A stretch of DNA of 64,000 bases from Patescibacteria group bacterium (GCA_043798935.1 JAZDOC010000019.1:74322-138321), one strand, 5' to 3'. Positions 40,259-51,804 are shown, counted from the first letter of the stretch. Made by a program: numbers and translations. Notes: generated from the letters alone by a model not told the origin.

Positions 40259-41311
40259 TTAATCTAAAATATTACCTTCGCTGGTTAAGGACAATGCATT
40301 TTTAAACAATTCCATGTCTTCTAAAACAATTCCGGTTCCTCGAACAACAGCCGTTAATGGATCGTCAACTATTTTTACAGGTACTTGAGTGGCGCGTTCG
40401 ATCCTAATGTCTAACCCGGTTAGCAAGGCTCCGCCACCAGATAAAACCAGTCCTCTTTCAAAAATGTCGGCTACTAATTCGGGAGGTGTAGATTCAATAG
40501 TAGATTTAACATTATCAATAATAGTATTAATTGTTTTATTCATGGCTTCGTGAACATGTTCATTATTGATTGTAATTTCCTTCGGTAAACCAGTTAATAA
40601 GTCTCGACCTTTTGCCGTAGTTTCAATTATTTCAGTTTGTTCAATAACATTTCCAATTTTAATTTTAATATCTTCAGCAGTTCGCTCTCCTATTAATAAA
40701 TTGAATTTATCGCGGCAATAATTAATAATATCCTGATTTAATTCATCTCCGGCTAATCGTAAAGACCGCCAATTAACTACACCACCTAATGAAATTACAG
40801 CAATTTCTGTTGTACCTCCGCCAATATCAATTATCATGTTACCAATCGATTCCTGTACTGGCAGCCTGGCGCCAATCGCTGCGGCCATGGGTTCTTCGAT
40901 TAAAAAAACTTGTCGGGCACCGGCGTTTAAAGCTGCGTCTTCAGCGGCTTTTCTTTCGACTTCGGTAACGCCAAGCGGAATTGCCATAACTACTCGCGGA
41001 CGCGGTAAAAAATTTGCTGATTCGCGATGTACCTTTTCGATAAAATGTTTCATCATTTTTTCAGCAGCTTCAAAATCTGAAACCACGCCGTCGGCTAAAG
41101 GTTTAATAGCCACAATATATGGGGGTGTTTTACCAATCATTTTTCTAGCTTCTTCCCCCACTGCTAAAATTTGATCAGTTCGCTGATTAATTGCCACAAT
41201 AGACGGTTCATTAATAACAATACCACGATCTTTTGTGTAAACCAAAGTATTGGCCGTTCCTAAATCAATACCCAAATCTTTTGAAAATCTGCCTAAGAAA
41301 CCTTTAAACAT
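40259..41311 (-). CDS. mreB: Rod shape-determining protein MreB
   Basis: GIDLGTANT, EEPMAAAIGA, DIGGGTTE, TPPEL. Confidence 0.97.
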   Translation of the reverse strand: MFKGFLGRFSKDLGIDLGTANTLVYTKDRGIVINEPSIVAINQRTDQILAVGEEARKMIGKTPPYIVAIKPLADGVVSDFEAAEKMMKHFIEKVHRESANFLPRPRVVMAIPLGVTEVERKAAEDAALNAGARQVFLIEEPMAAAIGARLPVQESIGNMIIDIGGGTTEIAVISLGGVVNWRSLRLAGDELNQDIINYCRDKFNLLIGERTAEDIKIKIGNVIEQTEIIETTAKGRDLLTGLPKEITINNEHVHEAMNKTINTIIDNVKSTIESTPPELVADIFERGLVLSGGGALLTGLDIRIERATQVPVKIVDDPLTAVVRGTGIVLEDMELFKNALSLTSEGNILD

Positions 41312-42972
41312 TTTGTAATAATTTCATTTAATGATAATAATTCGCATTTCTCGCTATCTCTTCTTTTAAATTCTATTTGTTCGCCATTTTTAGGAGAAAC
41401 AACTAATCTAACTGGAATTCCGATTAAATCTGCATCTTTAAATTTCGCTCCGGCTGATTCATTTCGGTCATCATATAATACTTCTAAACCAGCATTTTGT
41501 AAAGCCTCATATATCTCATCAGACTGAATACAATCTTTATTCAAATTAACTAAATGAACTTGAAAAGGGGCAATTTCAAAAGGCCAAAGCATGCCTTTAT
41601 CATTAGCAAACTTTTCCACAATGGTAGCTAAAGTGCGCCCTACTCCGATTCCATAACAACCCATATAATAAAATTTTTCACGTCCTTCTTTATCCATAAA
41701 AGTAGCATTCATTTTTTTACTATAATGATAACCTAATTGAAAAATATTGCCTACTTCTATACCTTTGGCTTCATTTAAAACTTCTCCGTTTTCGCTAACG
41801 CAACCGTTAAATGCCATAGCAATATCACCTTCAAAATTTACAGTAAAATCTCGATCAATATTAATATTAATTAAATCGACATTCTTCTTATTAGCGCCAC
41901 CATAAGCATTTTTGATAGTTCGCAAAGAATCATCAGCCACCACAATTACATCTTTATTTATTTTTACCGGTGAAATAAATCCTGGCACACTGCCAATTTC
42001 TCTAATTTCATAATCAGTCGCATGACGTAAAGAATGAGCTTGAACAATATGCTTTAATTTAGTTTCGTTAACATCATAGTCGCCTCGAATAACAGCTAGA
42101 ATCATTCTGTTTTTATCATCGACAAACATAACATCTTTGATTTGTTGCCACAAAGGCAAATTATGAAATTTTACACCATCATCCATGCTATTGCCTCTTT
42201 CGGCTATTATCTCTTTCATGGGTAAAATATTTTCTTCCAAATTCTTATTATCTTTAACAAATTTTGCCACGTCTTCATGTGCTGCATACGACATACTACT
42301 AGTCATCAAAAATCGACTTTCGCCAATATCGCTAATTACTATGAATTCATGGCAATAATCGCCGCCAATATAGCCATTGTCGGATTCAACCACAATAGTT
42401 TCTAAGCCTAAACGCTTAAAAACTTTAGTATATGTTTGGCGCATTTTTTCATATTCAATAGCAAAATCTTTTTCATCAGCATGAAAAGAATAAGCATCTT
42501 TCATTAAAAATTCGCGCACTCTCAGTAATCCGGCTCGGGCACGCAACTCATCTCTGAATTTCTGCGAAAATTGATAAATATTAAATGGTAAATCTTTATA
42601 GCTAATTGTAAATTTTCTGACTAAATCAACCATCATTTCTTCAGCTGTACCACCTAAAACAAATTCAGCTCGAGATCGATCTTTTACCTTCATTAATTCA
42701 AACCCAACTGAATCGGTTCGATTTGTTTCTTTCCATAACTCAATTGGATGTAATACGGGTGTAATCATTTTTAAAGCACCGGTCGAATCCATTTCTTGTT
42801 CAATTACTTTTACTATTTTATCTTGAACACGCATACCAAGTGGTAAAAAATAATATCGTCCGGCGGTAGATTCACGTATAAAGCCGGCTTGGTATAATAA
42901 TTTATAACTCAAAACTTTGATATCCTTTGGAATCGACTTTGTTGTTTTAGTAAACAGCCTTGATTGACGCAT
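41293..42972 (-). CDS. proS: Proline--tRNA ligase (bacterial type, with insertion editing domain)
   Basis: MRQSRLF, KFRDELR, GLLRVREFLMKDAYSF, GIEVGNIFQLG, MGCYGIG. Confidence 0.97.
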   Translation of the reverse strand: MRQSRLFTKTTKSIPKDIKVLSYKLLYQAGFIRESTAGRYYFLPLGMRVQDKIVKVIEQEMDSTGALKMITPVLHPIELWKETNRTDSVGFELMKVKDRSRAEFVLGGTAEEMMVDLVRKFTISYKDLPFNIYQFSQKFRDELRARAGLLRVREFLMKDAYSFHADEKDFAIEYEKMRQTYTKVFKRLGLETIVVESDNGYIGGDYCHEFIVISDIGESRFLMTSSMSYAAHEDVAKFVKDNKNLEENILPMKEIIAERGNSMDDGVKFHNLPLWQQIKDVMFVDDKNRMILAVIRGDYDVNETKLKHIVQAHSLRHATDYEIREIGSVPGFISPVKINKDVIVVADDSLRTIKNAYGGANKKNVDLININIDRDFTVNFEGDIAMAFNGCVSENGEVLNEAKGIEVGNIFQLGYHYSKKMNATFMDKEGREKFYYMGCYGIGVGRTLATIVEKFANDKGMLWPFEIAPFQVHLVNLNKDCIQSDEIYEALQNAGLEVLYDDRNESAGAKFKDADLIGIPVRLVVSPKNGEQIEFKRRDSEKCELLSLNEIITKCLKVS

Positions 42973-42975
42973 AAT

Positions 42976-44103
42976 TTAAATAAATATATTTTTAATAAAG
43001 GTTAAAAAGTGAAATTGCGCCACATCTTTAAAAGTGACAATTACAATTAATAATAACAACAAATAAAATCCAAGATTATGAATAATCATTTCTATTTTTT
43101 GATTTACTGGGCTACCTTTTATTTTTTCAATTATTAAAAAAAATAAACGACCACCATCTAAAGCTGGAATTGGTAAAAGGTTAAAAATAGCAAGATTGAT
43201 AGATAATAAAGCTGTAAATTGAAGTAAATAAATAAAACCCATTTTTGCCATTTCGCTGGTCATTACAGCAATTCCAATAGGTCCGGAAAAAGCTGTTTCA
43301 GACTTCACATCTGAAACTAAACTGACTAATAATTGATACAGAGCCTGAAAAATTAACCCGGTTAATTTCACCGTGTAGGCAAAGCCCTGATAAATTGCTT
43401 GATACCATGGATAAGAAACCATTCCCGTTTCCACTAAAGCAACTCCTATACCCGGCTCATTGGTAGCTGAAATAACTTCAATGTTTATATCTTTAGTAAT
43501 AACTTCCGATTCTCTCTCGATGTCTATTGAAATAGTCTGCTTTTCTTTAACAGCATTTTTAAAATCATTTATAGAAACAATCTTTTCACCATCAACACCG
43601 ACTATTTTATCATTAGGTTGTAAATCAGCGATTTGCGCCGGTGACGCATCTAATACGCTACTAATTGCTATCCCTGGATTATTTATAATGGCATTTTCAG
43701 GAGCATTATCTATTGCAGCCGGCAAACCAATCATAAATCCGATTGAAAATAAAACAGCCGCCAGTAAAAAATTCATTATTACACCTGCAATTAAAATACT
43801 AAAACGCACTCCGACGCTTTTATTCATGAAACTATCGTCATCATTTTCATAATTTTCATTCGATGATCCCTCTTCCGCACCAACTACACCTTTAATTCTT
43901 ACAAAACCGCCAACCGGAATCCAGTTCAGTGAATACATAGTTTTACCTTTTTGAATACCTAAAATTTTTGGCGGATAACCAAAACCAAATTCTTCTACCC
44001 CAACTTTGAATAATTTTGCAATTCCAAAATGACCCAGTTCATGAACAAAAACTAATATTCCTAAAATAACAACGAAAATAATAATTGTAAAAATAATATT
44101 CAT
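42976..44103 (-). CDS. rseP: RIP metalloprotease RseP (M50 family with PDZ)
   Basis: HELGH, NLLPIPALDGG. Confidence 0.95.
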   Translation of the reverse strand: MNIIFTIIIFVVILGILVFVHELGHFGIAKLFKVGVEEFGFGYPPKILGIQKGKTMYSLNWIPVGGFVRIKGVVGAEEGSSNENYENDDDSFMNKSVGVRFSILIAGVIMNFLLAAVLFSIGFMIGLPAAIDNAPENAIINNPGIAISSVLDASPAQIADLQPNDKIVGVDGEKIVSINDFKNAVKEKQTISIDIERESEVITKDINIEVISATNEPGIGVALVETGMVSYPWYQAIYQGFAYTVKLTGLIFQALYQLLVSLVSDVKSETAFSGPIGIAVMTSEMAKMGFIYLLQFTALLSINLAIFNLLPIPALDGGRLFFLIIEKIKGSPVNQKIEMIIHNLGFYLLLLLIVIVTFKDVAQFHFLTFIKNIFI

Positions 44104-44110
44104 GTATTAA

Positions 44111-44647
44111 TTAAACCTTTAATAAATCGCATTCTTTTTTCTCGGCGATTTGTTTAATTTTATCATGATACTCATCGACTGTGGTTTGGAGTTCTTTTTC
44201 CATTCTAAATCTCTCGTCTTCAGAAATATCTTTATCTTTTTCCTGTTGTTTATATCCCCGAATTATTTCTTCACGCGATGTTTTTATTTTAATTTTTGCT
44301 TCTTCAACTTTATGGTACATAATTTTCACTAACTCTTTACGTTTTTCTTCGGTTAAAGGCGGAAAATTAATTCTTATAATTTTTCCTTCAACTACTGGAT
44401 TCAAATCTAGATTTGCTTCATAGATCGCTTTTTCAATGGCTTTTATAACACTTTGATCCCATGGTGAAATGGTAAGGGTTTGCGGTTCTGGAGCGTTTAT
44501 TGAAGCTAACTGATTAAGCGGCGTAAAAGCTCCATAGGCTTCAACTTTAATGTTTTCAACCAAATTGGGCATGGCTCTACCAGTACGCAAATTAGACAAC
44601 TCTTTTTCCAGAAAAATAATTATTTTTTCAAATTCTTCTCGTTCCAT
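44111..44647 (-). CDS. frr: Ribosome recycling factor
   Basis: LRTGRA, PPLTEEKRKELVK. Confidence 0.97.
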   Translation of the reverse strand: MEREEFEKIIIFLEKELSNLRTGRAMPNLVENIKVEAYGAFTPLNQLASINAPEPQTLTISPWDQSVIKAIEKAIYEANLDLNPVVEGKIIRINFPPLTEEKRKELVKIMYHKVEEAKIKIKTSREEIIRGYKQQEKDKDISEDERFRMEKELQTTVDEYHDKIKQIAEKKECDLLKV

Positions 44648-44666
44648 ATGTTTTATATTTTAAAAA

Positions 44667-45821
44667 TTACGTTTTAATTAAACCACCTTTTTCTTCCGGA
44701 ATCTCGATACCCGTGTAGAGCGTTGATGGCTCATAGGGATTAATCACTAATGTTTTAATTAACTTTGTAGAAGGAAAATTCTCGATTACCTTCCAATTGC
44801 CACCGCTATTGGTACTTTTATGGATTTTATCCGTGCCACTGATTGTAAAATACATAATTCGAGAATCCAAAGCATCCATGTTTAAATTAATTATTTTATC
44901 GTTTTCTTTATCATCGAGTGGAATTAATGTTTTCATTTCAACCCAACTAGCACCTTCATTGGTTGATTTTAATAAACCATGGCGCGTGACCATATAAATA
45001 CTATTTGGTTCCTGCGGAAAAATAAACATATTTTTCGCAGTTTTTCCGGTCGGCCATTTATCTTTGTGTTCTTTAGTAATTATATTAGTCCAAGCGTTGT
45101 TAACGATTAACTCTGACTCATCTTGATTATCGACATTTTCATCGCTCACAATTAATTCACCGCCGGTTGTGGTTTTATAAATATCCCCGTCCTGTGTTAA
45201 GGCATATAAAATTCTAGTATCTCGGTCGCGCATGTACAAATTCTTTATTTCACTATCTAATTGCAACTTAATTTCCCAATTTACACCTTGATCAACTGAT
45301 TTGTAAACGATGCCACTATCGGATACGGCATATATTTTATGCGGATCATAAGTATCAATAATTACCTGGTTAAACTTATTTTTTTTAGTATCCGTATGAA
45401 CAGTTTCCCAATTAGCACCTCCATCAACAGTTCTAATGATGTAATAATCTTTGGCCGCATATAAAATATTTCTATCTATTGGATCAATATCGATACTATA
45501 AATGTTTCCAGTAGTTAATCCGGTGGCTTCCCAGTTTTCGCCACCATTTTTAGTAACTACAATCCCCGCTCCCATAGTACCAGCATAAACAACATTACTG
45601 TCGTTTTTATCGAATTCAAAACAAGTAATATTTAATTCACTGATAGTGTAAACTTTTCGTTTAACTTTACTAATAAAAGTTTTTTGTTCCCATGTTTCAC
45701 CCTGGTCAGTCGATTTATAAACACCACCATCTTTAGGTTTGCTGCTACAACCGCTACAACTGGCGCCTAGCGTAATTAACATCATAAAAATTGCAAATAG
45801 ATACAATATTTTTTTATTCAT
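44667..45821 (-). CDS. BNR/Asp-box beta-propeller lipoprotein (YCF48/VPS10-like)
   Basis: Lipobox-like LGASC; repeated S/T-x-D/N-x-G-x-x-W boxes. Confidence 0.85.
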   Translation of the reverse strand: MNKKILYLFAIFMMLITLGASCSGCSSKPKDGGVYKSTDQGETWEQKTFISKVKRKVYTISELNITCFEFDKNDSNVVYAGTMGAGIVVTKNGGENWEATGLTTGNIYSIDIDPIDRNILYAAKDYYIIRTVDGGANWETVHTDTKKNKFNQVIIDTYDPHKIYAVSDSGIVYKSVDQGVNWEIKLQLDSEIKNLYMRDRDTRILYALTQDGDIYKTTTGGELIVSDENVDNQDESELIVNNAWTNIITKEHKDKWPTGKTAKNMFIFPQEPNSIYMVTRHGLLKSTNEGASWVEMKTLIPLDDKENDKIINLNMDALDSRIMYFTISGTDKIHKSTNSGGNWKVIENFPSTKLIKTLVINPYEPSTLYTGIEIPEEKGGLIKT

Positions 45822-45825
45822 AAAT

Positions 45826-46818
45826 TTATAAATTATTTATTATTAAATTTTCAAACCACAATTTATAATTTTTATTTACACTCTGTGATCGGGTTTTTTC
45901 TAACAAAGAAATCATATTATTAATTTTAGAGTTAGAGTATTTTTCCGATACGGCTTGAATTTTCTGATTAGCGAAATAATTTATTATTAAATCTGCTTGA
46001 TTATTTTTTTGAAGTAATAAGTCGCGCCACAAACTGATCCAAGTATTAATTAAATTTACAGCTTGAGTGGCTTCAATTTTTTTATATTTAATTTCAAACA
46101 TTTTTAATTTTGCCGTACAATTATTTTTCTCTAATAAACTTAATGTCCATTGTATAAGTTCTTCATAATCAACTAATTTATTTTTTTTGGTGAAAAAATC
46201 TTGCATCACGAGTGGTAAACCATTTGCCAAACGACATAAAGTTTCTAATTGACTTTCATCATAAATATCTTTTTTCAATGCAACGAATATATCCTTTTTA
46301 GCTACTGGTAAAAATTTTATTATCTGACAGCGAGAAATTATAGTTAGCGGTAAAGAATTGAAATTTTCAGCGAGCAATATAATAATTTGCTTTTTCCCAG
46401 GTTCTTCCAAAGTTTTTAAAATTGCATTAGCGGCTTGAATATTAATATTGTGTGCTTGTCTGATAATTACTATTTGCCATGAATTTCCAAATGATTTTCG
46501 GCTTAACTCTTTAATAATGCTTCGAACTTGTTCAATGCCGATATTTTGAGTTTTACGGTTTTTTAAAGGTTCAATAATATGAAAATGGGGATGAATATTT
46601 TTTTTAAACTGTCGGCAATTAATGCATTTACCACATGGTTTCTTCTCATCTTTACCATTGCATAATATAATATTGGCAAATTGCTTGGCCAGCTTAAACT
46701 TCCCTAAATTTTTCAAACCCACAAAAACATAAGCATGGCTTATTTTACCAGATTCTATCTGTTTTTGCAAGTATGTTCGTTGTTTAAAATGACCAATTAA
46801 ATCCCATTTATATTTCAT
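45826..46818 (-). CDS. holB: DNA polymerase III delta' subunit
   Basis: SHAYVFVG, PCGKCINC, AANAILKTLEEP, TIISRC. Confidence 0.9.
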   Translation of the reverse strand: MKYKWDLIGHFKQRTYLQKQIESGKISHAYVFVGLKNLGKFKLAKQFANIILCNGKDEKKPCGKCINCRQFKKNIHPHFHIIEPLKNRKTQNIGIEQVRSIIKELSRKSFGNSWQIVIIRQAHNINIQAANAILKTLEEPGKKQIIILLAENFNSLPLTIISRCQIIKFLPVAKKDIFVALKKDIYDESQLETLCRLANGLPLVMQDFFTKKNKLVDYEELIQWTLSLLEKNNCTAKLKMFEIKYKKIEATQAVNLINTWISLWRDLLLQKNNQADLIINYFANQKIQAVSEKYSNSKINNMISLLEKTRSQSVNKNYKLWFENLIINNL

Positions 46819-48029
46819 AAAAATTTTTCAATGCACTGCCAAGTTTCTTGGGCACATTTTTGATAAGAATATTTTTTTACTATTTGCTGTCCATTTTTAA
46901 CATTTATTTGTTTATTAAAGTTATCATTAATGGTTTCATTAATAACTTGGGCTATTTCATTCGGATTATTTGGATCAAAATAATTTACAGAATTACCAGC
47001 AATTTCAATTAATGGCTCTATATTAGAGCACACTACTGGCGTACCCGCGGCCAATGCTTCAAGCACTGGAATGCCAAACCCCTCATAAAATGACGGCAAA
47101 ACAAATAAATCCGCCAAATTCATAATTGTGTTCATGTCTTTTTGATCCACGTATCCTGGTTCAATAATCTGATCTTTTAACTTTAATTCAAATATTTTTG
47201 CTTCAATGTCTTCATATCCGTACCCGATTGACCCCAGAAGCACCAAATAATGCGGTTGCTTATATTTTTCAACAAACAATTTATATGCCGAAACAAGATT
47301 GACCAAATTTTTCTTTTGCTCCAGGCGCCCCGTAAATAAAATATAAGGAGTTTTTATTTTATATTTTTCTAAAATAGAACAATATTTTTCTGATGTTTTG
47401 TTTTGGAATCGGAAAAATGAATGCTTATCGAAACCATTATATACAACAGTAATGTTTTGTTTTGGACATCTGTAAAATTCGTGTATTTCTTTTTTGGAAA
47501 AATTTGAAACTGTAATAATCTGAGTAGCGTGCTTAACGGCATAGCGCATAGCCCAACGATGGTAATCAAGTTCGGAAATATTATATTGTCCTAGCGTTGC
47601 AATGCGCACTAATAATTTTAAAATATTTTTCAAAAAAGAATTATTTTTTATAACATCTTTTTGTTCATACAAATTTTTCATTCGCTCAAATCCAATATCA
47701 TGAGCCACTAAAATTGTTCGGCGAGGATGAATCAGTGGAATGGTATGAGCCGGCACAAAAAGCAATTTTGGCCTTGACCAAAATTTTAGCATTTCAATCG
47801 ATAAGCGAATTTGCGTCCATAAAAATTTAGGTGGCCATGTTAAAACTGCGCTACTCCAATTAACTGGTAATTCTTCCAAACCATTACGCAATGGTTCTTT
47901 GGAGTATAAAACTACTTTATAATTTGAAGGTATTGTTTTTTTTAACTCTTGAATCAAAAAAAATGAGTACCACTCGGTACCGGTTTTCTTTTCTAAATTT
48001 GCTCTGGAGGCATCAATGCCTATTAACAT
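46815..48029 (-). CDS. GT4 glycosyltransferase
   Basis: PSFYEGFGIPVLEA, GRLEQKKN. Confidence 0.92.
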   Translation of the reverse strand: MLIGIDASRANLEKKTGTEWYSFFLIQELKKTIPSNYKVVLYSKEPLRNGLEELPVNWSSAVLTWPPKFLWTQIRLSIEMLKFWSRPKLLFVPAHTIPLIHPRRTILVAHDIGFERMKNLYEQKDVIKNNSFLKNILKLLVRIATLGQYNISELDYHRWAMRYAVKHATQIITVSNFSKKEIHEFYRCPKQNITVVYNGFDKHSFFRFQNKTSEKYCSILEKYKIKTPYILFTGRLEQKKNLVNLVSAYKLFVEKYKQPHYLVLLGSIGYGYEDIEAKIFELKLKDQIIEPGYVDQKDMNTIMNLADLFVLPSFYEGFGIPVLEALAAGTPVVCSNIEPLIEIAGNSVNYFDPNNPNEIAQVINETINDNFNKQINVKNGQQIVKKYSYQKCAQETWQCIEKFL

Positions 48030-48030
48030 G

Positions 48031-49038
48031 TTATTTTGTAGATAATAAAGATCTTTTATAGGATTCCAAATTTTCTAAAGCCACGCCCGTACCTTTAACA
48101 ACGTTTTGTAGGGGTTCATCGGCTAAATAAGCTGGAACATCTATTTCGCGAGATAATAACTCGTCTAGATTTCGAAGTTGGCCTGAACCACCGGAAATAA
48201 CCATGCCTTTATCGATAACATCAGCTGATAATTCAGGCGGTGTCTCTTGCAGGACTGATTTTACAGCTTGAATAATGCCATTTAAATCATCTTGGATGGC
48301 CTCAGTGATATCGTCTGACGTTACAGTTACTGTTCGTGGTAATCCGGAAATAATGTCACGCCCACGGACTTCCATAGATAACGGATCACTTAGTGGAAGT
48401 GCTGAACCAATTTTAATTTTTAATTCTTCAGCGGATCGCTCACCGATCGCTAAATTATATTTTTTTCTCACAAATTCAGAAATAGCATAATCAAATTTTG
48501 TTCCTCCAATTCTAACCGAAGTATTAGCCACGATTCCACCTAATGAAATTACCGCAATTTCTGATGTGCCACCACCAATTTCAATTATCATATGTCCTGA
48601 AGCACTGCCAATTGGAATATTTGCCCCGATGGCTGAAGCAATAGGTTGTTTTATAATAAACGCAGCTTTAGCGCCAGCTTGGATTGTCGCATCGATAACA
48701 GCTCTTCTTTCGGTGGATGTGATCCCCGCTGGTACAGCAATCATTACTTCGGGTTTTAAAATTCTAATTCCACCCAATGCTTTATTAATAAAATAACGCA
48801 ACATACTTTCAGTAGTACGATAATCAGCTATCACGCCGTCTTTTAAAGGACGCGATGCAATAATAGTATCTGGTGTGCGACCAAGCATATCACGAGCCTC
48901 GTTACCCACAGCCAATACCTTACGGTCCTGAATTGAAACCGCCACTACTGATGGCTCGTTAATGGCAATGCCACGCTTAGGTACATAAACTAATGTATTA
49001 ACCGTACCTAAATCTATACCAATTTTCTTAACAAACAT
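48031..49038 (-). CDS. mreB: Second MreB/Mbl paralog
   Basis: GIDLGTVNT, RPLKDGVIAD, EIGGGTSE, TPPEL. Confidence 0.93.
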   Translation of the reverse strand: MFVKKIGIDLGTVNTLVYVPKRGIAINEPSVVAVSIQDRKVLAVGNEARDMLGRTPDTIIASRPLKDGVIADYRTTESMLRYFINKALGGIRILKPEVMIAVPAGITSTERRAVIDATIQAGAKAAFIIKQPIASAIGANIPIGSASGHMIIEIGGGTSEIAVISLGGIVANTSVRIGGTKFDYAISEFVRKKYNLAIGERSAEELKIKIGSALPLSDPLSMEVRGRDIISGLPRTVTVTSDDITEAIQDDLNGIIQAVKSVLQETPPELSADVIDKGMVISGGSGQLRNLDELLSREIDVPAYLADEPLQNVVKGTGVALENLESYKRSLLSTK

Positions 49039-49039
49039 G

Positions 49040-50995
49040 CTATTTTAATTGAATTTTTATGCTTTTATCTGTGCGTAAATCTCCACTCAGTTGCACTTTA
49101 TTATTATCCATTTCAGCATTTAAGTCAAGAGCACTAATTTCTTTAATAGATTGCCCAATGTCAAAATTTATTGTTAATCCATGATTTAAAGTACCCGCTT
49201 GTTTCTGGATATATAATTGATATTCATTATTTGAAATTAAATTTTTAATTTCTAACGGCAATTTATAAGTTAAAACAATCTGCTCCTGTGCTTTTGGCTC
49301 AATTGCAATAAAACCTTCAAACACAGTTTTGTTTAATTCCTCATCTTGTTTGACCAAAGCCGCGGTAGGAGTGCCTCCTTTTAATTTATCGTTCGTCATG
49401 AAACCGGTGGATGATATTAATTCACTCCCCAGCGGCACATAAATTCTGGCATAGCTTCGATAACGCGTTGTGGTATTAGAAAAAGTTCCATTATTCTGAT
49501 ACGTTGCTGTTAATGTTGCAATCAAATCCTCGCCATTCTTACTTAATTTATAATCTATTGATCGATCCATTACTTTATCTGTTTTTAATGCTGCCATATT
49601 ACTATCGACGAGCATTATAAAATCTTCGCCTGTATATTCTTGATCACGAACACTGCCGTCCCACTTTAAAGTCGTAATATATTTCTGCACTTCTTCATTC
49701 TTAAAAGATAATAAAATATGTTTCTCATTAGCATCTTGATTAATCATGTTCCAAACATCTCCCCACTTCTCTTTGGGTAAATTTAATATTCGATCCATGA
49801 GTATAGTTGCCAATTCGCTGATAATGTCTTTTCTTTCAGCATCTGACTCGCCCGCAGCTTGATATCTAAATTCTACCCGTTGCTGTAATTTGTCGATAAA
49901 ATTCTCCTCATTATATTCCTCTCCTTCGATTTCTATAGCACCGGTTAATTTAACCAGAGACAAAATAAATTCCGGATCGACAGCAATCACCGCGTCTATA
50001 TTCTGTTCAGCACCATTTTCTAAGTGATATAATTCTTCAGTTTTATTGGCTGAAGTCGGAAAATCTGGCGACCAATTAGCATCACGCATGTACATGGCTT
50101 TAGCATCAACATATTTCGCAAATTCATCTTGTGGTGGTAAAAATAAAAACTGCTCAGCTGGCCCATCCAGATTATAAATATTATCAGTATCAAAATAACT
50201 TATTTCAGCCGAATCAAATTTTAAAATTCCGTAAGTTCCAACAAATCCGCCAGTTGCGCGTAGCTCAGTATTATTTTGCAATAAAAATAAATAAGTAGTT
50301 TCATCTGGATAACCTAATGCACTTGGCAAAACTTCAACTAATGGTAAGGCTTTAGAAGTTAATTCTTTAATTAAAGGTAAATTATCGTTAATTGGTGCCA
50401 AAGCATCTCGCAAAGGCTTTACAAGTCCTTTTTCCGGAATTTGTTCCAAATCGAATAGGGCTAAATTTAATTTATCCGTTGATTGCTTAATAGTATCGGG
50501 TGAATTGTAAAGTTTTTCAAGAATCTGTCTTTTCTTGGCTTTACTAATCGAATTAAATGTTGTTTCTGCCCCATCAAGCTTCAAAATATTAGCAATATCT
50601 TCACCAAGCAAAGATAAGTCTTCAAGTCCATCTGCAATACTAATACCTGCCAATAATAAATGATTAACAGCCATAAATTGCTTACCTGCAAAGGGTGCGC
50701 TTTCTACCCAGCTGTATTTTTCCATAATCTGGCTAGCGGTTGAAAAATGCTCTGCAGCCTGATTCAGTTCGGTAGCCATCATCGCAAAATTTTGCTCTTT
50801 AATGGCTTGTTGAGCATTAGTAAAATTATTCTTGCCATCTATTGCTTCTTGATATAAAGAATTAAAATTTTTGTAATTCAATAAACCAAAAATTAATATT
50901 ATTAAAACTATTACGCCAACAATAATACTTATAACTTTTAAGCTCTTCTTTAATTTATAATGTTTATTTGCTTTTTTATCAATTGTTAATTTCAT
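49040..50995 (-). CDS. DUF4012 domain membrane-anchored protein
   Basis: YLFLLQNNTELRATGGFVG, RDANWSPDFP. Confidence 0.88.
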   Translation of the reverse strand: MKLTIDKKANKHYKLKKSLKVISIIVGVIVLIILIFGLLNYKNFNSLYQEAIDGKNNFTNAQQAIKEQNFAMMATELNQAAEHFSTASQIMEKYSWVESAPFAGKQFMAVNHLLLAGISIADGLEDLSLLGEDIANILKLDGAETTFNSISKAKKRQILEKLYNSPDTIKQSTDKLNLALFDLEQIPEKGLVKPLRDALAPINDNLPLIKELTSKALPLVEVLPSALGYPDETTYLFLLQNNTELRATGGFVGTYGILKFDSAEISYFDTDNIYNLDGPAEQFLFLPPQDEFAKYVDAKAMYMRDANWSPDFPTSANKTEELYHLENGAEQNIDAVIAVDPEFILSLVKLTGAIEIEGEEYNEENFIDKLQQRVEFRYQAAGESDAERKDIISELATILMDRILNLPKEKWGDVWNMINQDANEKHILLSFKNEEVQKYITTLKWDGSVRDQEYTGEDFIMLVDSNMAALKTDKVMDRSIDYKLSKNGEDLIATLTATYQNNGTFSNTTTRYRSYARIYVPLGSELISSTGFMTNDKLKGGTPTAALVKQDEELNKTVFEGFIAIEPKAQEQIVLTYKLPLEIKNLISNNEYQLYIQKQAGTLNHGLTINFDIGQSIKEISALDLNAEMDNNKVQLSGDLRTDKSIKIQLK

Positions 50996-51804
50996 TTTTT
51001 TTTATTTAGTTGTCTTTTTTTAGATAAATATTTAAGCCAATCTTTGATGTGAATTCGAGTAATGTAATTAAACAAACTTCCAAAACCTCCCCAAATACTT
51101 TTTTGCGCCGATTCGCGTTTATGATAATGAATGATCTTTGTATCATGATAATAATAAACTTTATAACCATTAGCACTGGCCCGATCGCATAATTCATAAT
51201 CAGCAAAGTACAGAAAAAAAATTTCATCAAACGCGCCGTATTTTTCAATAAACTTTTTTCTCAGTAACATGCATGCTCCTAAAATCCATTCCACGACAAT
51301 CGTTTCATTATGATTAAAATCGTTCATGAGATGATTATTTAAATCTCGCTTGGCAAATTTTAGCTTTCCCAACGGAGTACGTCGCCAAATTGGCGTAAAC
51401 AATGAATAGGAACGATAGCAAGATCTCTGGACACTACCATCACCATTTAAAAGCCTTGGGCCAACAATAGCAACTTTTGATTGCTGATCCATAAACTTCA
51501 GCAAATTTGATAAATCTTCACTGTTTTTAAAAATTATATCAGTATTAAGAATTAAAATATATTCCCCCTGCGCTTGTTTAATACCTAAATTATTACCTCG
51601 TGCATGCCCGCAGTTTATTTTGGATACAATTAATTTTATTTGCGGAAATTTTTCTTTCATCATATCCACTGAATCATCAACTGACGCATTGTCAACAACA
51701 ATTATTTCATAGGGAAAATCTAATTTTAAGGCAATTAAATTCTGCAAACATAAACGTAGCAAATTTTGAGTATTATAGTTTAAAATAATTATTGATAACT
51801 TCAT
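50992..51804 (-). CDS. GT2 glycosyltransferase
   Basis: SIIILNYN, VVDNAS, LNTD, GACML. Confidence 0.92.
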   Translation of the reverse strand: MKLSIIILNYNTQNLLRLCLQNLIALKLDFPYEIIVVDNASVDDSVDMMKEKFPQIKLIVSKINCGHARGNNLGIKQAQGEYILILNTDIIFKNSEDLSNLLKFMDQQSKVAIVGPRLLNGDGSVQRSCYRSYSLFTPIWRRTPLGKLKFAKRDLNNHLMNDFNHNETIVVEWILGACMLLRKKFIEKYGAFDEIFFLYFADYELCDRASANGYKVYYYHDTKIIHYHKRESAQKSIWGGFGSLFNYITRIHIKDWLKYLSKKRQLNKKK